Shown here: one piece after another, positions 48,475-61,581 of the stretch | Position numbering within the stretch: the first letter of the stretch is position 1 | Layout of the letters: each line of letters opens with the position of its first letter | Source: Balanoglossus misakiensis | Lineage: Eukaryota; Animalia; Hemichordata | Assembly: GCA_040954595.2 (NCBI GenBank) | Contig: CM082576.2 | Span: forward strand, 16,973,028-17,037,027 | DNA length: 64,000 bases | Direction of reading: 5' to 3' | The notes under the pieces: generated by a model | Seen by the model: the letters and a program-made list of their open reading frames with translations, nothing else | What the model was told of the DNA's origin: nothing | Database searches by the model: none | Position numbers and translations under genes: made by a program

Positions 48475-51400
48475 TTATTGCCATGGTTCCCAACTTTCTC
48501 GAAGAAGTTTTCCAGCTGTTTTGTCATGCTCTGGAAATCGCACAGGAACCGACGTTTTATAATAGTCTTCTAATCTGTCCAACAGCTCTTTAACCATCTC
48601 AGGTTCTGCCTCGGAGAGGTCGAATCTTTCTTCCGGGTCACTCTTGATGTTGAACAACCAGACTTGTTTGGCCGAGTCGTTCTCAGGAACAATGGGTGGC
48701 CTTCCAGATTCTTGTGGTGGAAACCAGAGTCCGTGTCCTAAGGCCGAGAAACAGACCGAAAAAAAAATTATTTAATGCCCAATAATTTTCATATCAACAT
48801 CACAAGGAGAGTTCAACAAAAATATAGATTTAAAGCCATGTATGCAATGCGATCCAATGTGACTGACAGTCACCCGCTCTTCGGTCATTTGAGCTGGCTT
48901 GTTCACACACGGGAGCTGTTATTGTCATCCGTGTGCCTGTGCGTCTGTCCATAAAACATATTGATGTTCACACACGGCTGACGTTGTCATTCTTGTGCCT
49001 GTGCGACTACTGTCTGTTAAACACATCGATGTGCATGCGGGCAATATCAGGATTTGTGACACTTCTCATCCGTATAGTCTGTGATTGGTTGTCCAATGTG
49101 TGCAGTCACGAGGGGTGCCTCAATTTGGCGCTGTTCAGAAAACTGGCCATTTGGTTCAAAATAAGGGTAAAAACAATAGCATAGTACATAAAAAACGAAA
49201 TCAATATTGCACCGACATTTTGGCTGTAAAATGTGTGGTGTACAGAGGGTAGGCTTCCTAAGCGATGGGATCCAAATATGGCCGTGTTCTATCCTGGCAT
49301 ATTATTGGCAAATCACCACCAGGGCTTTTCTTCTCAGCTGCAGAAATAGAGACGGCCATTTGCGTGACAAAACGGTTACAGTTCAACAGAAGCAGACCGG
49401 TTTCCGTACCTGGAAAACCGGTGAGAATTTTCCAGTCGCCCACTCTGAGAGCCGCTCGAATCGACGTGTTGAATAAGCCCTCCGTGGCAACCAGGGAGTC
49501 ACTCATGGAAACATTCATTGGCAGTGGGGTCAGTGGATCAATGTTATGGAGTATCTCATTCCTTGGAGACGGCATGCCCTCACTGAAAGAATCAATTTCA
49601 ACATTTCCTTATTAGTGTGTAATTGTTTCACCATCCTTAAGGTTTATGTTTTACCATACTCGCTGTGTATGCATGGTTTTACACTCGTTGTACCGGTATA
49701 TCTGTTGGGCTGCTTCAAGCGCTCTAGTGAGACGTAAAACACGCCAGGGAGAAAACGACTACCGTTAAAGTCATATTTGTAGACGCATCTGTATTTATAG
49801 ACGCACCCCTATTCTGAGCTGATTGCAATGTCACAAATTCAAAGATTTGGAAAAACGGAAAAGTTCATATTATTAGACGCACCCTGCTTTCAGCATGGTG
49901 GAGGACAAGCCCTCTTTCATTCAATGCAGAAGACTGACTAACAGAAGACTGACTAAAGGTGATTTTCTTTGCCATTGTTTCAACTACGTCTTTTCCATTG
50001 TCTCAACTGCCCATAATTGCTGGGTCTACGTCTTTTCCATTGTCTCAGTTGCCTATAATTGCTCAGCTGGTCAAGGCAACGTCCATGAAACATGCATGAA
50101 ATTAACATATGAATACACTTTGACATGTAGTTGACCTCTCATTAATTATCCTCTAAAATCATTTACTCTGATTGGTTGAAGTTTTCAATGGCTGTCACTT
50201 TGACATTTGATGCCTTGTCACCCATTGACACATGGCTTCAGACGTAGTTGACCCAGACAGTGCGTCTGATTTTATCAATGGGCATGTAACGTAATTTGCA
50301 ACATTGTTTATGTGGAAGTAGAAGCTAAGTCTCAGATTACATTATGGGGTGAATATACGGACAAGACATGACACTTGAAAATATCAAAAACTCAAACTTT
50401 GTATGAATAAAACGATTTTTGAACTGTATGAGGAATAGGCTTCAGACTTTTGAGCAAAGAACACAAGTCATGCAGCAGGAGTAGAAGTGTATGATTGCAT
50501 ACTGGGATGTACTTTCTTTATGACCTGATTTTTGGCGATGTCTTCTCCTGAGAACAGAAAAAGTTTGTTTTGAAACTTGGCATACTTCCATATTATTAGA
50601 CGCACCCCGATTTCAGGATCATTGTAGCAGTCGAAATATTGCAACTTTGTTAAAAAACCTGCGTCTACAAATATGACTTTAACGGTAATCATGTTCAGCC
50701 TCTGCGTGACAAGTAGTTACCCTGTTTCATTCTGCCATGATTCTGCCCAGCCCTTAATCTGTCAGTACATGTATGGAGTGTTTGTAAAGCACATTTCCAG
50801 CTGTAACTGGTAGTAATGAGTTTTACATGCAGCTTGTACAAACACCCCGTCAGTGTGAACCCCAAATCACCTGATGGTCGGCCATTGATTGTAGCCATCT
50901 AGTGGTTTAGTGCCACTCAGCGTAGCGCCAGCTATGTGGACCAGGGTTGGAAACCAGTCGCTTATGTGCACCATCTCCATGCTGGCTGTGCCTTTCATGT
51001 TGTCTTCCAGAAGTGGGCTGTGCACAAACCCGGTGCCATGGACACCACCTTCCCATAATTCCGTCTTCTCACCTCGGAATGGCCAGTTGTTTCCTCCCTC
51101 AATAGCAGCCCCGTTATCTAGTGTATGAGAATAAAGGTTGGGATATGGTATGGGAAAGTAAGGGTCTCTAATTGTTGAAAGAGCCACATCTTGATTACCT
51201 TAATTTGCGTTTGTTGTCGACAGCGTCAGTCGTTGCCAACCACTTCTACTCTGCGTGGTATTGTAAATATTGTTAAATTACAATTCTAAGACCATGGGTT
51301 GATATATATAATGATAGTTCCCTTACCAAAAACATTGTATAGATATATACATATAGAGTATTCTATAGCCTATAGAGTTTGTATGGGAGTTTATAGAAAT

Positions 51401-54400
51401 TCTACAGATGTCTATAGATTTCTTTCTATTGAATTCTATAGAAATGATAAAATCTATAGAATGTTATTGAATTCTATAGAATATTTTTCATAAGGGTTGA
51501 TACTTTGCAGAGAGTTGTCTTACCTGTTGAAAAGACAATGACTGTGTTATTCCACATGGGAGATTGTTTCAAGTCTCTGGTGACGTTTCCAATGGCTTCA
51601 TCCATACACGTCACCATGCCTGCGTATATTAACCGGTCTTCATCCTCTATTAGGCCTTTGTACTGTTTGCTGTAGTGCTCTGGCACTTCCAGCGGACTAT
51701 GTACAGACTGAAATGCCAGATAGACAAACAAAGGCTGGAAGAGAACAGATACTGAGAATTATTATACATCTGGCACTGTGAGAACAATAGAATTTAGCGT
51801 GCACTAAACAGGCGTACGGAACGGTTCATATGGAACGTGTGTTAAATACGCCCACAGTTTCAACGTGCCCAAACTCAGAGTCACCGTGTACCGGTATAGG
51901 TATGCAGTGTTAATGAGGACAGTTTCAAGACACCCCCAGTCCAACATAAACAAAAACAAGTGACCTATCGGTCAAAAGAGCTCTGCTGACTTTAACAGTG
52001 TAACCTGGGCAATGATATGAATACCCTAGGTTTTAATTCATAACAATTGTATTCTATTTAACAAAACCAAACATAGACATCACAAGTATTTATCCAAATT
52101 CAGCTTGATTCATTGTGCTAAAGAAAGAAAGAATTGAATCCTAAAGAACAACATCAAAAGGAAGCACCAAGGTTCTAATTTGCATATTCATGACATCATC
52201 AAAATTCCAATTAACAAAATCAGGTAGGGGCACCATAACACACATTCCTACCAAATTTCAGCTCCATCGTACATGTAGTTATGGAGAAGAAGATTTTTAC
52301 CAAAACTTCTATTTTTAGATCTAATTTGAATATTCATGACCCCATCAAATCCAAATTTACAAAATCAGGTAGGGGCACCATAACACACATTCCTACCAAA
52401 TTTCAGCTAAATATGGCAAGTTGTTTTAAAGAAGAAGATTGAAATACCAAAAGTTGAGGGACGACAGATGACGGACGACGGACGGACACTTATCAACCTA
52501 CTGCTACAGCTCGGCTGACACAAGTGACAGCAGAGCTAAAAAAAAAAAGATGGCTGCTCATTGTGTTCTGTGTTTCAGCTGAGCGGTTACGGTCGATCGT
52601 ACCAGCGTTTTGAAAGCCAATTGATATGCAACATAGGAACTAACGGAGATGTAAGATGTATAATAATAAGGTTATTACGAAAATATTGCAAATTATACAC
52701 TCGGACATTAGCGCAGTGCATCACCCTCGGCCCCCGCTACGCGTCGGCAATACGCGGCGCTAATGTTCTTGTGAATACTTTGTGGTATTTTCGTGATATT
52801 AACCTCATATTATACTGAGACCCTTGCCTAATCAATAAACTGCAAATTTGCTTATTTTAAATAATGAAAATTTGTAATTGTATAATGCTAAACTTACTCA
52901 GACTAGTTAATTTCACACAGATACCGATTTCACAGTGGACTAATTTATAAAATTATCGGTGTGATTCTTATGTTACTCAACCAAATGTTATGAAACATGG
53001 TTAAGATAATGACAGAAGTCATATAATAAATTCAATTGAATTCAATGAAAATGTATCGCTATTTAGTATTTTCATTTTAATTATTTTGATAATATTCAGT
53101 TCATATCTTGTTTATTCTTAGAAATTGAATACCTGGTTTGAATTGTGTCCCTTGATAATATTTTCCACCTCTCTGGCAAAAAGCATTGTTGAATACTCGC
53201 CACTGTATTCTTTTGCTACGTCTTCCTCGTTTCTATGAAAGTCATAGCGAGAGTGTTTGACATGTGTGTAGTAGTCTTCGCAGCATGTGTAATATCCTGA
53301 GAGAAGAAAAGATTGAGCATTAAAGGTACATGAGCTGCAACTGGATAAAAATCTTACAGTTTTAAATAATATCATATATGCTTTTAATTATGTCTATTAA
53401 ATGATATTTCATGATAATATGTCAAGCTCAACACTTACATGTATTTATGACAAAATGGCCAAAAATGAAAGAAGAACGAGAATTCCTGCAATTTAAAAAA
53501 AACTGCAATATTCCAATGAAAAGGAAAATATAATGTCTCAGCGGTGTACATTTACTTCCTTGAGCTCAAGTGGACGAGATCATGTTTTGTTTATGAAGTT
53601 TCATAACCAGAAATATATACATATATATTTATTCACATACTGTAGGCCACCGGCCCATAGGTATACATCATATAATAAAGTTACATCGCTGAAGACGCTG
53701 TTTACATGTAGTTATTACACAACATTTGCAGGTGTTGAACCTGATATTGCATTATGACGTTTCCTTGTGGAAAACAATATAAACTTTGATAGATTCTGTA
53801 TAATAATGGAAGCATTTTCAGATTGCAAAAGTTTGACAAATTTATCAATGGACGGTAATGTATAGAAATATTTTGGAATATACTTGGCTCTCAAATCTGT
53901 ATAAAATGGACATATCAGGCAAAAATGAAATTCATCTTCTATATTATTTGTGTTACAATAGAGACAAATTCTCTCAGCACGTTGATTATGTAGATGTCTG
54001 TCTGATTCTATTCTCAAGGTATGTGCAGAAACACGAAAGCGACACAAGGCATTCCGAAATTTCGCTTCCTGTAGGACTGAAAAATATTTCTCTCTACCAA
54101 ATGTACTCTTAAATTGACAATAGGAATCCAATTTGGGGAAAGCACTCATGTTGGCGTACCATTCTTGAATGTATACCGTATATCTTGTCAACGCTGCTTA
54201 AACAAACTCAAAAATACATTAACATTCCCAACCCCTTGGCTCAGCCAAGCTTCACCCATTCCAAGAGAAAACAGTAACTGTTTCACTCCAAAAGCCCAGC
54301 AGCCTTTACTCTTCTCGGCTTCACAGAATTGAAATTTGTATCAAGTGTGCACAATGCGACAATGAGGGAGAGACAATAATCTAAGCCAATATTTGACAAC

Positions 54401-57400
54401 TCTGGCCAGTCTGACAGTACGGATTGAAAAACGACCCAATTCACCTTTTACAGCCAAGTTTTGAGCATTATGATAAAGCTTCAATATAAAGCGACAAAAT
54501 TTGTTTTGAACTAATTCTAGCTGCTCTCCAGCATGTAGACCCCAAACTTCACTACCATACATCATAATTGGTAGTATTTTAGTGTCAAAAATTTTAAAAG
54601 CCAAGCTGACATCAAGAAGTCTAAACTTGCAAAGTGATTTTTTAACATTAAGGTGGCATTGCATGAAACTGTCGAGACTTTTGCAGAGGCCTATTTCTCA
54701 TCAAAGACAAAGTTAAAACCCCCATAAACCATATATATTCTGGAAGCTGAGTTTTTTAACTTTTGTTTGAGCTGCAAATATTATTGATCCCCGGAAATGG
54801 TGGCGATTTTGGGTGAAAAAAAAACATTTTTTGATATTATGTCATGAAATTTAAAATAGGTAAAAAAGTTGACCATGCATCATGCATCTTAATATGTCAT
54901 TCGAAACTAGAGTACACGTGCAAAAAAACGGTAATTTTGTTTTGCGTTATCTGCTTCCATTGAGGAGTAACAGCGTTTGAAAGTTAGGTTTTTAGTAAAA
55001 TTTGATCAAATTCACGGTGAGTTGTATTGAATCCCGCCAGGGACACTTTATCGACTAACAAAAATACCGTTTTGTTGGATGGGTAATACACAATCGCCAG
55101 TTAAAATTTGAGCAAATTCGGCCAACGCAGAGCGAAGCTATTTTCGTCTGAAGTTGTCAAGAGCAGCGAAAATGCAAACTGAGAAAAACGGCCATTTGCA
55201 TTGTTGACACCTATTTGTTAAGCTGTGAACTCATTTAGAAAAGTGCTATTTTGGGGTGATTATGCACCATTTCCGCCAAGACGTATTAGTTAGGGTGTGG
55301 GTCAGTATTAGGCCTACCGATTTATGTAAAAAAGGAAAATTTGGCAAAATTCACAACTTTTCATGCAATGCCACCTTAAATAAAGCTTTTGTAGCTTGAA
55401 TTGCTAATTGTCTCTGTGCTTTGTTCCATAAACCAGAGCTAGAAAGCAGTACACCAAGGTAGTTATAGACTGGGACAACTTCAATTCTGTTACTATTTAT
55501 AAACCACTTTTCACTAGCTTTTAGCCGACAACCCTTACTAAAAACAATGATTTTTGATTTGTCAATATTAACTCTCAGTTTCCACTTATTAGCGTAAACT
55601 GATAAGTTATTCAATAATCTTTGCAAACCAATTTTTGTTGAGCTGAAAAGGGTCAAATCATCAGCGAAAAGCAAGAAGAAAAGTTTGATAGTTGCTATGT
55701 GTACTCCTGCAAAATCATGATCAAGTGCTTCTCTCATATCATTGATAAATAAAGTAAATAAGAGTGGGGACAGGATACTACCTTGTTGTACACCTAGCTC
55801 ACATTTGAAAAACTCTGACATTCCTGCACTAGTTCGAACACATGCAGTTACATTAGCATACATAGAGCGCAGTACAGAAAAAACTTTGCCTTTCAAACCT
55901 GCTTTGAACAATTTGTAAAATAAAAGGCAATGGTTTACACGATCAAATGCCTTTTCAAAGTCTATAAAGGCACAGTAACATCTGCCATAACCAGAAATGC
56001 AACATTTTCATTGTTTCTTATTTATCTGGTTAAAACTTGCATATGCACTCATATTTAGGGTTTATAATGCTTGTGTATAGTTCACTGCCTTCATCTGTAT
56101 GGACTAATGGTAGTACAGTTTGAAACAAAAATTATTATAATTATCCCAAAAGTTGCAGCTTATGTGCCTTTAATGTGTGTGTGGAGGGACCTGTTTTTGA
56201 GTAATATTCTTATGATGATCTTACCGAAGAAGGAGTCAAATCCACGGTGAGTTGGCAAGCAGGCTTCCTTATAAAAGCCCAGATGCCACTTTCCCACAAG
56301 ATGTGTAGAGTAACCCTGGTCCTTGAGTTTCTGTGCCAATGTGACTTCATCCAGGGGTAAACAGTTGGGTTGGGTGGTCTTTATGTTTGAATGTTGTAAG
56401 CCGGTGTGAATCTACAAGAAGAAAATTCAAAAAAGGGGATTTGACAGTGGTGATGACGATCGTAATGATCTTAGGGGGGAACCATATTTGATTTCTGGGG
56501 GTGGATGGAGGTTTTTGGTTTGAAGATTTGTTGGTGGATATTGTGGAAACGGGTGTACTGGTAATCGCTGTTACAGTGATTGAAACAAAATTTGCTGACA
56601 TGCCGATATCCCCCACCCCGAGAAATCATATGGTTCTCCCCTTACTGCCCTCCAATTTTTATGTTTGAGTATATACTTACATGTTGGACCATTCTCCACT
56701 CAGAGACTAACCTTGCTAGGGAGTCCGACCAATAGCCGCTATTTAGTCTCTGCCACAGGCGACATTTTACACCCACTTTTTGGGTGTTGCGCGTTTTCTA
56801 TAATATACATTTCCTGTCTTTTTTAAGTTTAATATTTTGTACCCAAAAAAATAAGAGAACTAAAAAATGAACCAGTTTCAAAGTCGATCCTCGAATCCGT
56901 GAACACTTGCAAAACATAGATCCTGCCCTAGGTTACATAAATGTGAATTGACGATTCAAGATGGCTGCCCCCGTTGCTATAGGTTTTTCAGACGCAATCG
57001 CGAAAGTTATTGCAGCTTATGACTCTAAATTGACATTAAAACCAAAGCAACTACAGTGTCTGAAGTGTATATACGAAGATGGTGGCGACTTTATTGTAAA
57101 TTTGCCCACGGGTTATGGGAAAAGCATCATATTCCATCGCGCAGGACTGAAAGAAGGTCCAGTTTGGAATATTTAAATTTGCTTGTGGCAGAGACTATAG
57201 TGGCTATTGGTCAGACCCCCTAGCTAGGCTAGAATTATCCACTCCAAGTCTCTGCGTGGAGAATGATGTTGGACTAGTGTACGTCAGATCTCAAACCTTG
57301 ACCTAAACACTAGGATTTCATTTCTGATAGGCTTCATGTTGTAAACAATATACGGTAGGAGCCGTGCATTGTGAACGATAGAACAAAAGAAGATGGGGGC

Positions 57401-58294
57401 TTTACAGAAATATCAATTTGGTCTAAAACGGGGTATGTGAAATTGCAACACGGTCTAAAATAGGGTTGACTATGATCTAGTGTTTTTTCCTATATACCGG
57501 TATGGTAATCTTCATTTTACCGTGTCGGACAGCCTTGCAATTTAGATATTAATTTCATGCTGAAATGGTAGATAACATTGTAGTCAAGTCAATCTATGAG
57601 ATTTGGGCACCCATTACCCACCGCAAATTTCAATAGTTTTTTTTATCTCTTTAGAATGCATAAATCTAATATAGCTGACAGTATTCATATTGAACAGCTT
57701 TTGGCCATATATCATGTAATAAACATGCTATTTAGTAATCTACTTCTTATGCATTGGGAAACCACTGTGTTACTTTGATAATTAGCATAAATCCAACATT
57801 GCCAGAAATAATATTTTGGCAGTGTATTAATAAATCCAATAGGGCAACATAGATTGGTTGTATATTTGTAACTTATCAGTCAATATATAAAAGTTAATAT
57901 TTGTACTGATTTTCAATTGTAAATTGTTTGATTTTAATGCATGGAACGTTTGCAGTTCATGAAACTGCCGCAAGGGCACGCCTTTATATTCACTTAATGT
58001 TGGCAAATGATCGGAAAAACAGAATTTTTAAATTCATACCTGGTATCGCCCAGTCATCAATTGGCTTCTTGAAGGTGTACATATCGGCTGCACGTAGTAG
58101 TTCTCCAATTTTACACCCTCATTGGCCAACATGTCCAAGTTTGGGGTTTGAATGATGGAGCCATGGTAACCAATGTCCTGCCAACCGTAGTCGTCTGCCA
58201 AAATCACCAAAATGTTTGGCCGAGTGCAACCCACAGCAGTTGACTGCATCAGACCCAGCAAAATAATCCCGTAAAAATACTTGCATCTCTCCAT
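48475..58294 (-). CDS. ARSB: Arylsulfatase B-like sulfatase (ARSB/I/J family), 7 coding exons, 499 aa, intact
   Basis: Exons 58294-58040, 56411-56225, 53296-53133, 51734-51524, 51117-50871, 49582-49410 and 48737-48475. All introns are GT-AG with consistent phases; total 1500 nt. Signal-peptide-like N-terminus, then [12 protein letters not shown], FGly motif [58 protein letters not shown] and LHNID. The symbol indicates family; orthology was not tested. Confidence 0.93.
49762..50685. mobile_element. Non-autonomous pogo/Tc1-mariner-type element in sulfatase intron 5 (924 bp)
   Basis: 26-bp perfect TIR CCGTTAAAGTCATATTTGTAGACGCA, TA TSD, subterminal TAGACGCACCC repeats. Confidence 0.85.
51320..51496. 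mobile_element. Short CMC/EnSpm-like MITE in intron 4
   Basis: CCCTTA...TAAGGG termini, TT flanks and CTATAG repeats; related to 26752-26939. Confidence 0.6.
51955..52548 (-). mobile_element. Helentron/DINE-like non-autonomous element in intron 3
   Basis: Minus strand begins with a T-run, an AGCTC...GAGCT hairpin and a (GTCC)n-like microsatellite. Internal ~120-bp tandem duplication. The far end repeats the AGAGCTCTGCTG motif. Confidence 0.55.
53615..55985 (-). mobile_element. 5'-truncated non-LTR retrotransposon (RTE-X-like LINE) in intron 2
   Basis: RT motifs [33 protein letters not shown] and YNYLGV. C-terminal [11 protein letters not shown]...ERICLYC...[15 protein letters not shown]-rich tail. 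13-bp TSD CATAACCAGAAAT at 53602-53614 and 55986-55998. Internal stops. Confidence 0.88.
54652..55375. mobile_element. Kolobok-like non-autonomous DNA transposon inserted in the LINE (724 bp)
   Basis: 17-bp TIR GGTGGCATTGCATGAAA and TTAA TSD. Removing it restores the LINE frame (KALF-NVKKSL). Confidence 0.85.
56471..56644. mobile_element. Small MITE in intron 1
   Basis: Imperfect TIRs AGGGGGAACCATAT..GATTTCT / AGAAATCATATGGTTCTCCCCT. Confidence 0.5.
56708..57231 (+). mobile_element. Academ-like non-autonomous element carrying a RecQ-type helicase N-terminal fragment
   Basis: About 50-bp imperfect TIRs (right end reads TAGCCTAGCTAGGGGGTCTGACCAATAGCC). ORF 56961-57176 LKPKQLQCL...[16 protein letters not shown] corresponds to SF2/RecQ motifs 0 and I. 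Confidence 0.65.
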
Positions 58295-58426
58295 GGTTCA
58301 ATATAGAGTGAGTTCAAAAAAGCACTGAGGTACGAGATGTGTAGATACAGGGTTTCGAACGATTTGTGTTGGGCGTTTCTGCTGCTATTAATAGTCAATT
58401 TAATGTCATGTTGTGATGCATTTCAC

Positions 58427-58735
58427 TTTTAGGTCCCATTGGTATAGGCGTATATACCATGGGACCTTATGGGGTCGGTTCCGTCTGTATGTATGGATGG
58501 ATGTATGGATGTATGTATGTATGTCCGTCCACATCAAAAACTTGAAAACCGCTGCGCGTATAACCTCAATATTTGGTGTGCAGATGCAGGCTGGGCTGTA
58601 CCGGTAGATGGGAGTTTGTTCAAATGAAGTTGTCATTGCCAAAAATATGCAAATTATCTGGCAAAATGTGAATTTGGTCAAAACTCAGTAACTCAAGAAC
58701 TACTGGTTAGATTGCTTTGCAAAGTGGTGTGTACT
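58427..58735 (+). mobile_element. Helentron/DINE-like repeat just upstream of the sulfatase ATG
   Basis: AGGTCCCATTGGTATA...TATACCATGGGACCT hairpin and (GTAT/GGAT)n; homologous to 42808-43095. Confidence 0.6.
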
Positions 58736-59015
58736 TTTTTTTATGAAACAACCCCATTTGTGTAGATTAACTTTTCCATCTGGTAATATATTAGAAACAG
58801 TGCATATTATCCCTGACCACAACTGGCTATCATTGGCAAGGCATGATCATTACTATAGAATGGAATCCAGTTGTATAATTTAAGTTAATTTAACACTCAA
58901 TTGACATGAATAAAGCTTTATAAAATGTGACCTTTACCTTGGATTACTTTGTAATGTGTAGCCCCCTCCCCCTTTGGTCCACCCACCCCCACATAGTAAC
59001 TGAACACTCCCTTAA

Positions 59016-59749
59016 GGTGGCATTGCATGAAACCGTCGAGACTTTTTCAGAGGCCTATTTCTCATCAAAGACAACGTTAAAACCCCCATAAACCATATAT
59101 ATTCTGGAAGCTGAGTTTTTGAACTTTTGTTTGAGTTGCAAATATTATCGATCCCCGGAAATGGTGGCGATTTTGAGTGAAAAAAACAATTTTTTGATAT
59201 TATGTCATTAAATTTAAATTAGGTAAAAAAGTTGACCATGCATCATGCATCTTAATATATCATTCGAAACTAGAGTACACGTGCAAAAAAACAGTAATTT
59301 TGTTTTGCGTTATCTGCTTCCATTGAGGAGTAACAGCGTTTGAAAGTTAGATTTTTAGTAAAATTTGATCAAATTCACGGTGAGTTGTATTGAATCAGAG
59401 TTTATTCCCGCCAGGGACACTTTATCGACTAACAAAAATACCGTTTTGTTGGATGGGTCATACACAATCATCTGTTAAAATTTGAGCAAATTCGGCCAAT
59501 GCAGAGCGAAGCTATTTTAGTCTGAAGTTGTCAAGAGCAGCGAAAATGCAAACTGAGAAAAAAGGCCATTTGCATTGTTGACACCTATTTGTTAAGCTGT
59601 GAACTCATTCAGAAAAGTGCTATTTTGGGGTGATTATGCACAATCTCCGCCAAGACGTATTAGTCAGGATGTGGGTCAGTATTAGGCCTACCGATTTATG
59701 TAAAAAAGTAAAATTTGGCAAAAATCACAAGTTTTCATGCAATGCCACC
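59016..59749. mobile_element. Second copy of the Kolobok-like element (734 bp)
   Basis: Same TIR and TTAA TSD; highly similar to 54652-55375 and in the same orientation. Confidence 0.85.
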
Positions 59750-61581
59750 TTAATCCACGGTTAGACATGGGTATATATTTTCCATTAGATTGCTGGATAA
59801 ATTCAGAATGTTTGCAAATTAAGAGACATATACCACTTAGGGTATGTGCAATGCATGGTGGTATAATTTTCGTTTAACATAGCGTCTAGTACATGGCTAA
59901 CGCTGCGATCAGAACGCAAACTGTCCCACAACCCACTGCATTATTCTATCTGTCCATGTCCATCATCTGCTTGGCCTGTATATACTTGTATGTTAAATTC
60001 CAAACCAAGCCAATCCTTGTCAGCCAATCAGAGCACACTGTGAGGATAGATTGTAAGCAGTCCTGTATGTTTTGGCTCAAAAGTGGCAAAAATGTGAATT
60101 TTGTCTTTAGTGGTGTCAATAAGACTGCTATTTCTGGAATCAGTACCATTTTTTTTTACATAGAATCAGAATTAACTTTTAGTATATCACAATGTATCAG
60201 TCATGATCTCTGCATATGAAGAAAAACGGTTTGTTTTTATTTTTTGTTGTTGTAAAAGTTACCTTTTTTTGAATCCCCCAAGTGGCCAAAAATGGCATTT
60301 TTGTATTGATTTCGATCAAAAAGACTGCTTAATTTTTAATAGTCGCCACTTTTAACATAGAATTGACTTTCTATACATATCATCAGATCAACCAATATGA
60401 AGAATAGCGTGTTTTATATTTCGTCTAAAATGACGTTTTTGGGGCAAAAATGATCAAAAAGGCAATTCCGTCTTGTGTGGGGGTCAATCAGACTGCTTTT
60501 TTTCGCAATATCCACTCTTTTACAGAGAATGCACTTCTCAAACCTTCCTTTAAATACCAAAATCTAGCTCCTAGGCCCAGGGTAATGTAGTTCCACATGC
60601 ATTGCCTGTGATGTGTCGACCCCCTCAACGATGATACACGGTAATTTATGACGTCATGCCAAATTACAAGATGGTCGTCCTGGACGGGTGGGATCAATCT
60701 GTGCGGTTGGCACGCTGAAATTTGTTGACAGTATTGTTTAAAACTGATTCTTTAACATATCTAGCTGGGGTTTCCGAGATAAAGTTTCTCTGCACTTGTT
60801 ATATCTGCAGTGATTCTGCAAGGTTGCCCTCATTCAGGTCATCACCATGGCAACATAGCAGCCCCGGAGGCAGAAATCGAGGGAGTCTTCGCGTGGCTGT
60901 GGATGCGGATGGACTAACAGCGTGGTTTGGGGGCTGCAGACCATGTACAGTAGTCAAGTTTAGGAGCCCGTGCTTAGGTCAGTCAGGACTCGTCTGAACT
61001 CACAACATTGGCGCTGGGAGCAGGATGCATGCGAACCTGGAGTGAGGAGGACTTGGTAAAAGGTACTCCAAGTAAGTTACGAGACTGAGAGGGCTGAGTG
61101 GTGTTGCCCAGTGAACTGAATTTTGCGATAGTGTCGTGGAAGGCGTGGGGCTTTTCTGTCTGGGGAGGAAAAGTGGGGTCGGAAATTGCTGTGGCTCGGG
61201 AACACTGGGCAAACTCAGGGATACCGCGGAGGTTTTGTCTCAGCTTGTTGGCGACCCTGCACTGCAGAATCACTACATATCCCATCGGCGTTGGGGACTT
61301 GAAGTTGAACTTGAAAACCGCTGTTCGTCGATATTTGGTGTGTAGATGCAGTCTGGGCTGTAGATGGGAATTTGTTCAAATGAAGTTGTCATTGCCAAAA
61401 AATATGAAAATTAGCTGGGAAAAATATGAAATTGGTCAAAACTCAGAAACTCAACAACCACTGGTCAGATTGATTTGAAAATTGGTATGCATGCATATTC
61501 CTTATGTCAACCTCATACTGCAGTCCTGTATGTTTTCAATTTTATATTTTTATGCATTTTTGTCTGTTTCCACATTAATTA

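Noticed and set aside
60722-61478. GC-richer segment with several overlapping ORFs
   Set aside because: No recognisable domain or consistent splice pattern, and the right part runs into a Helentron-like repeat.
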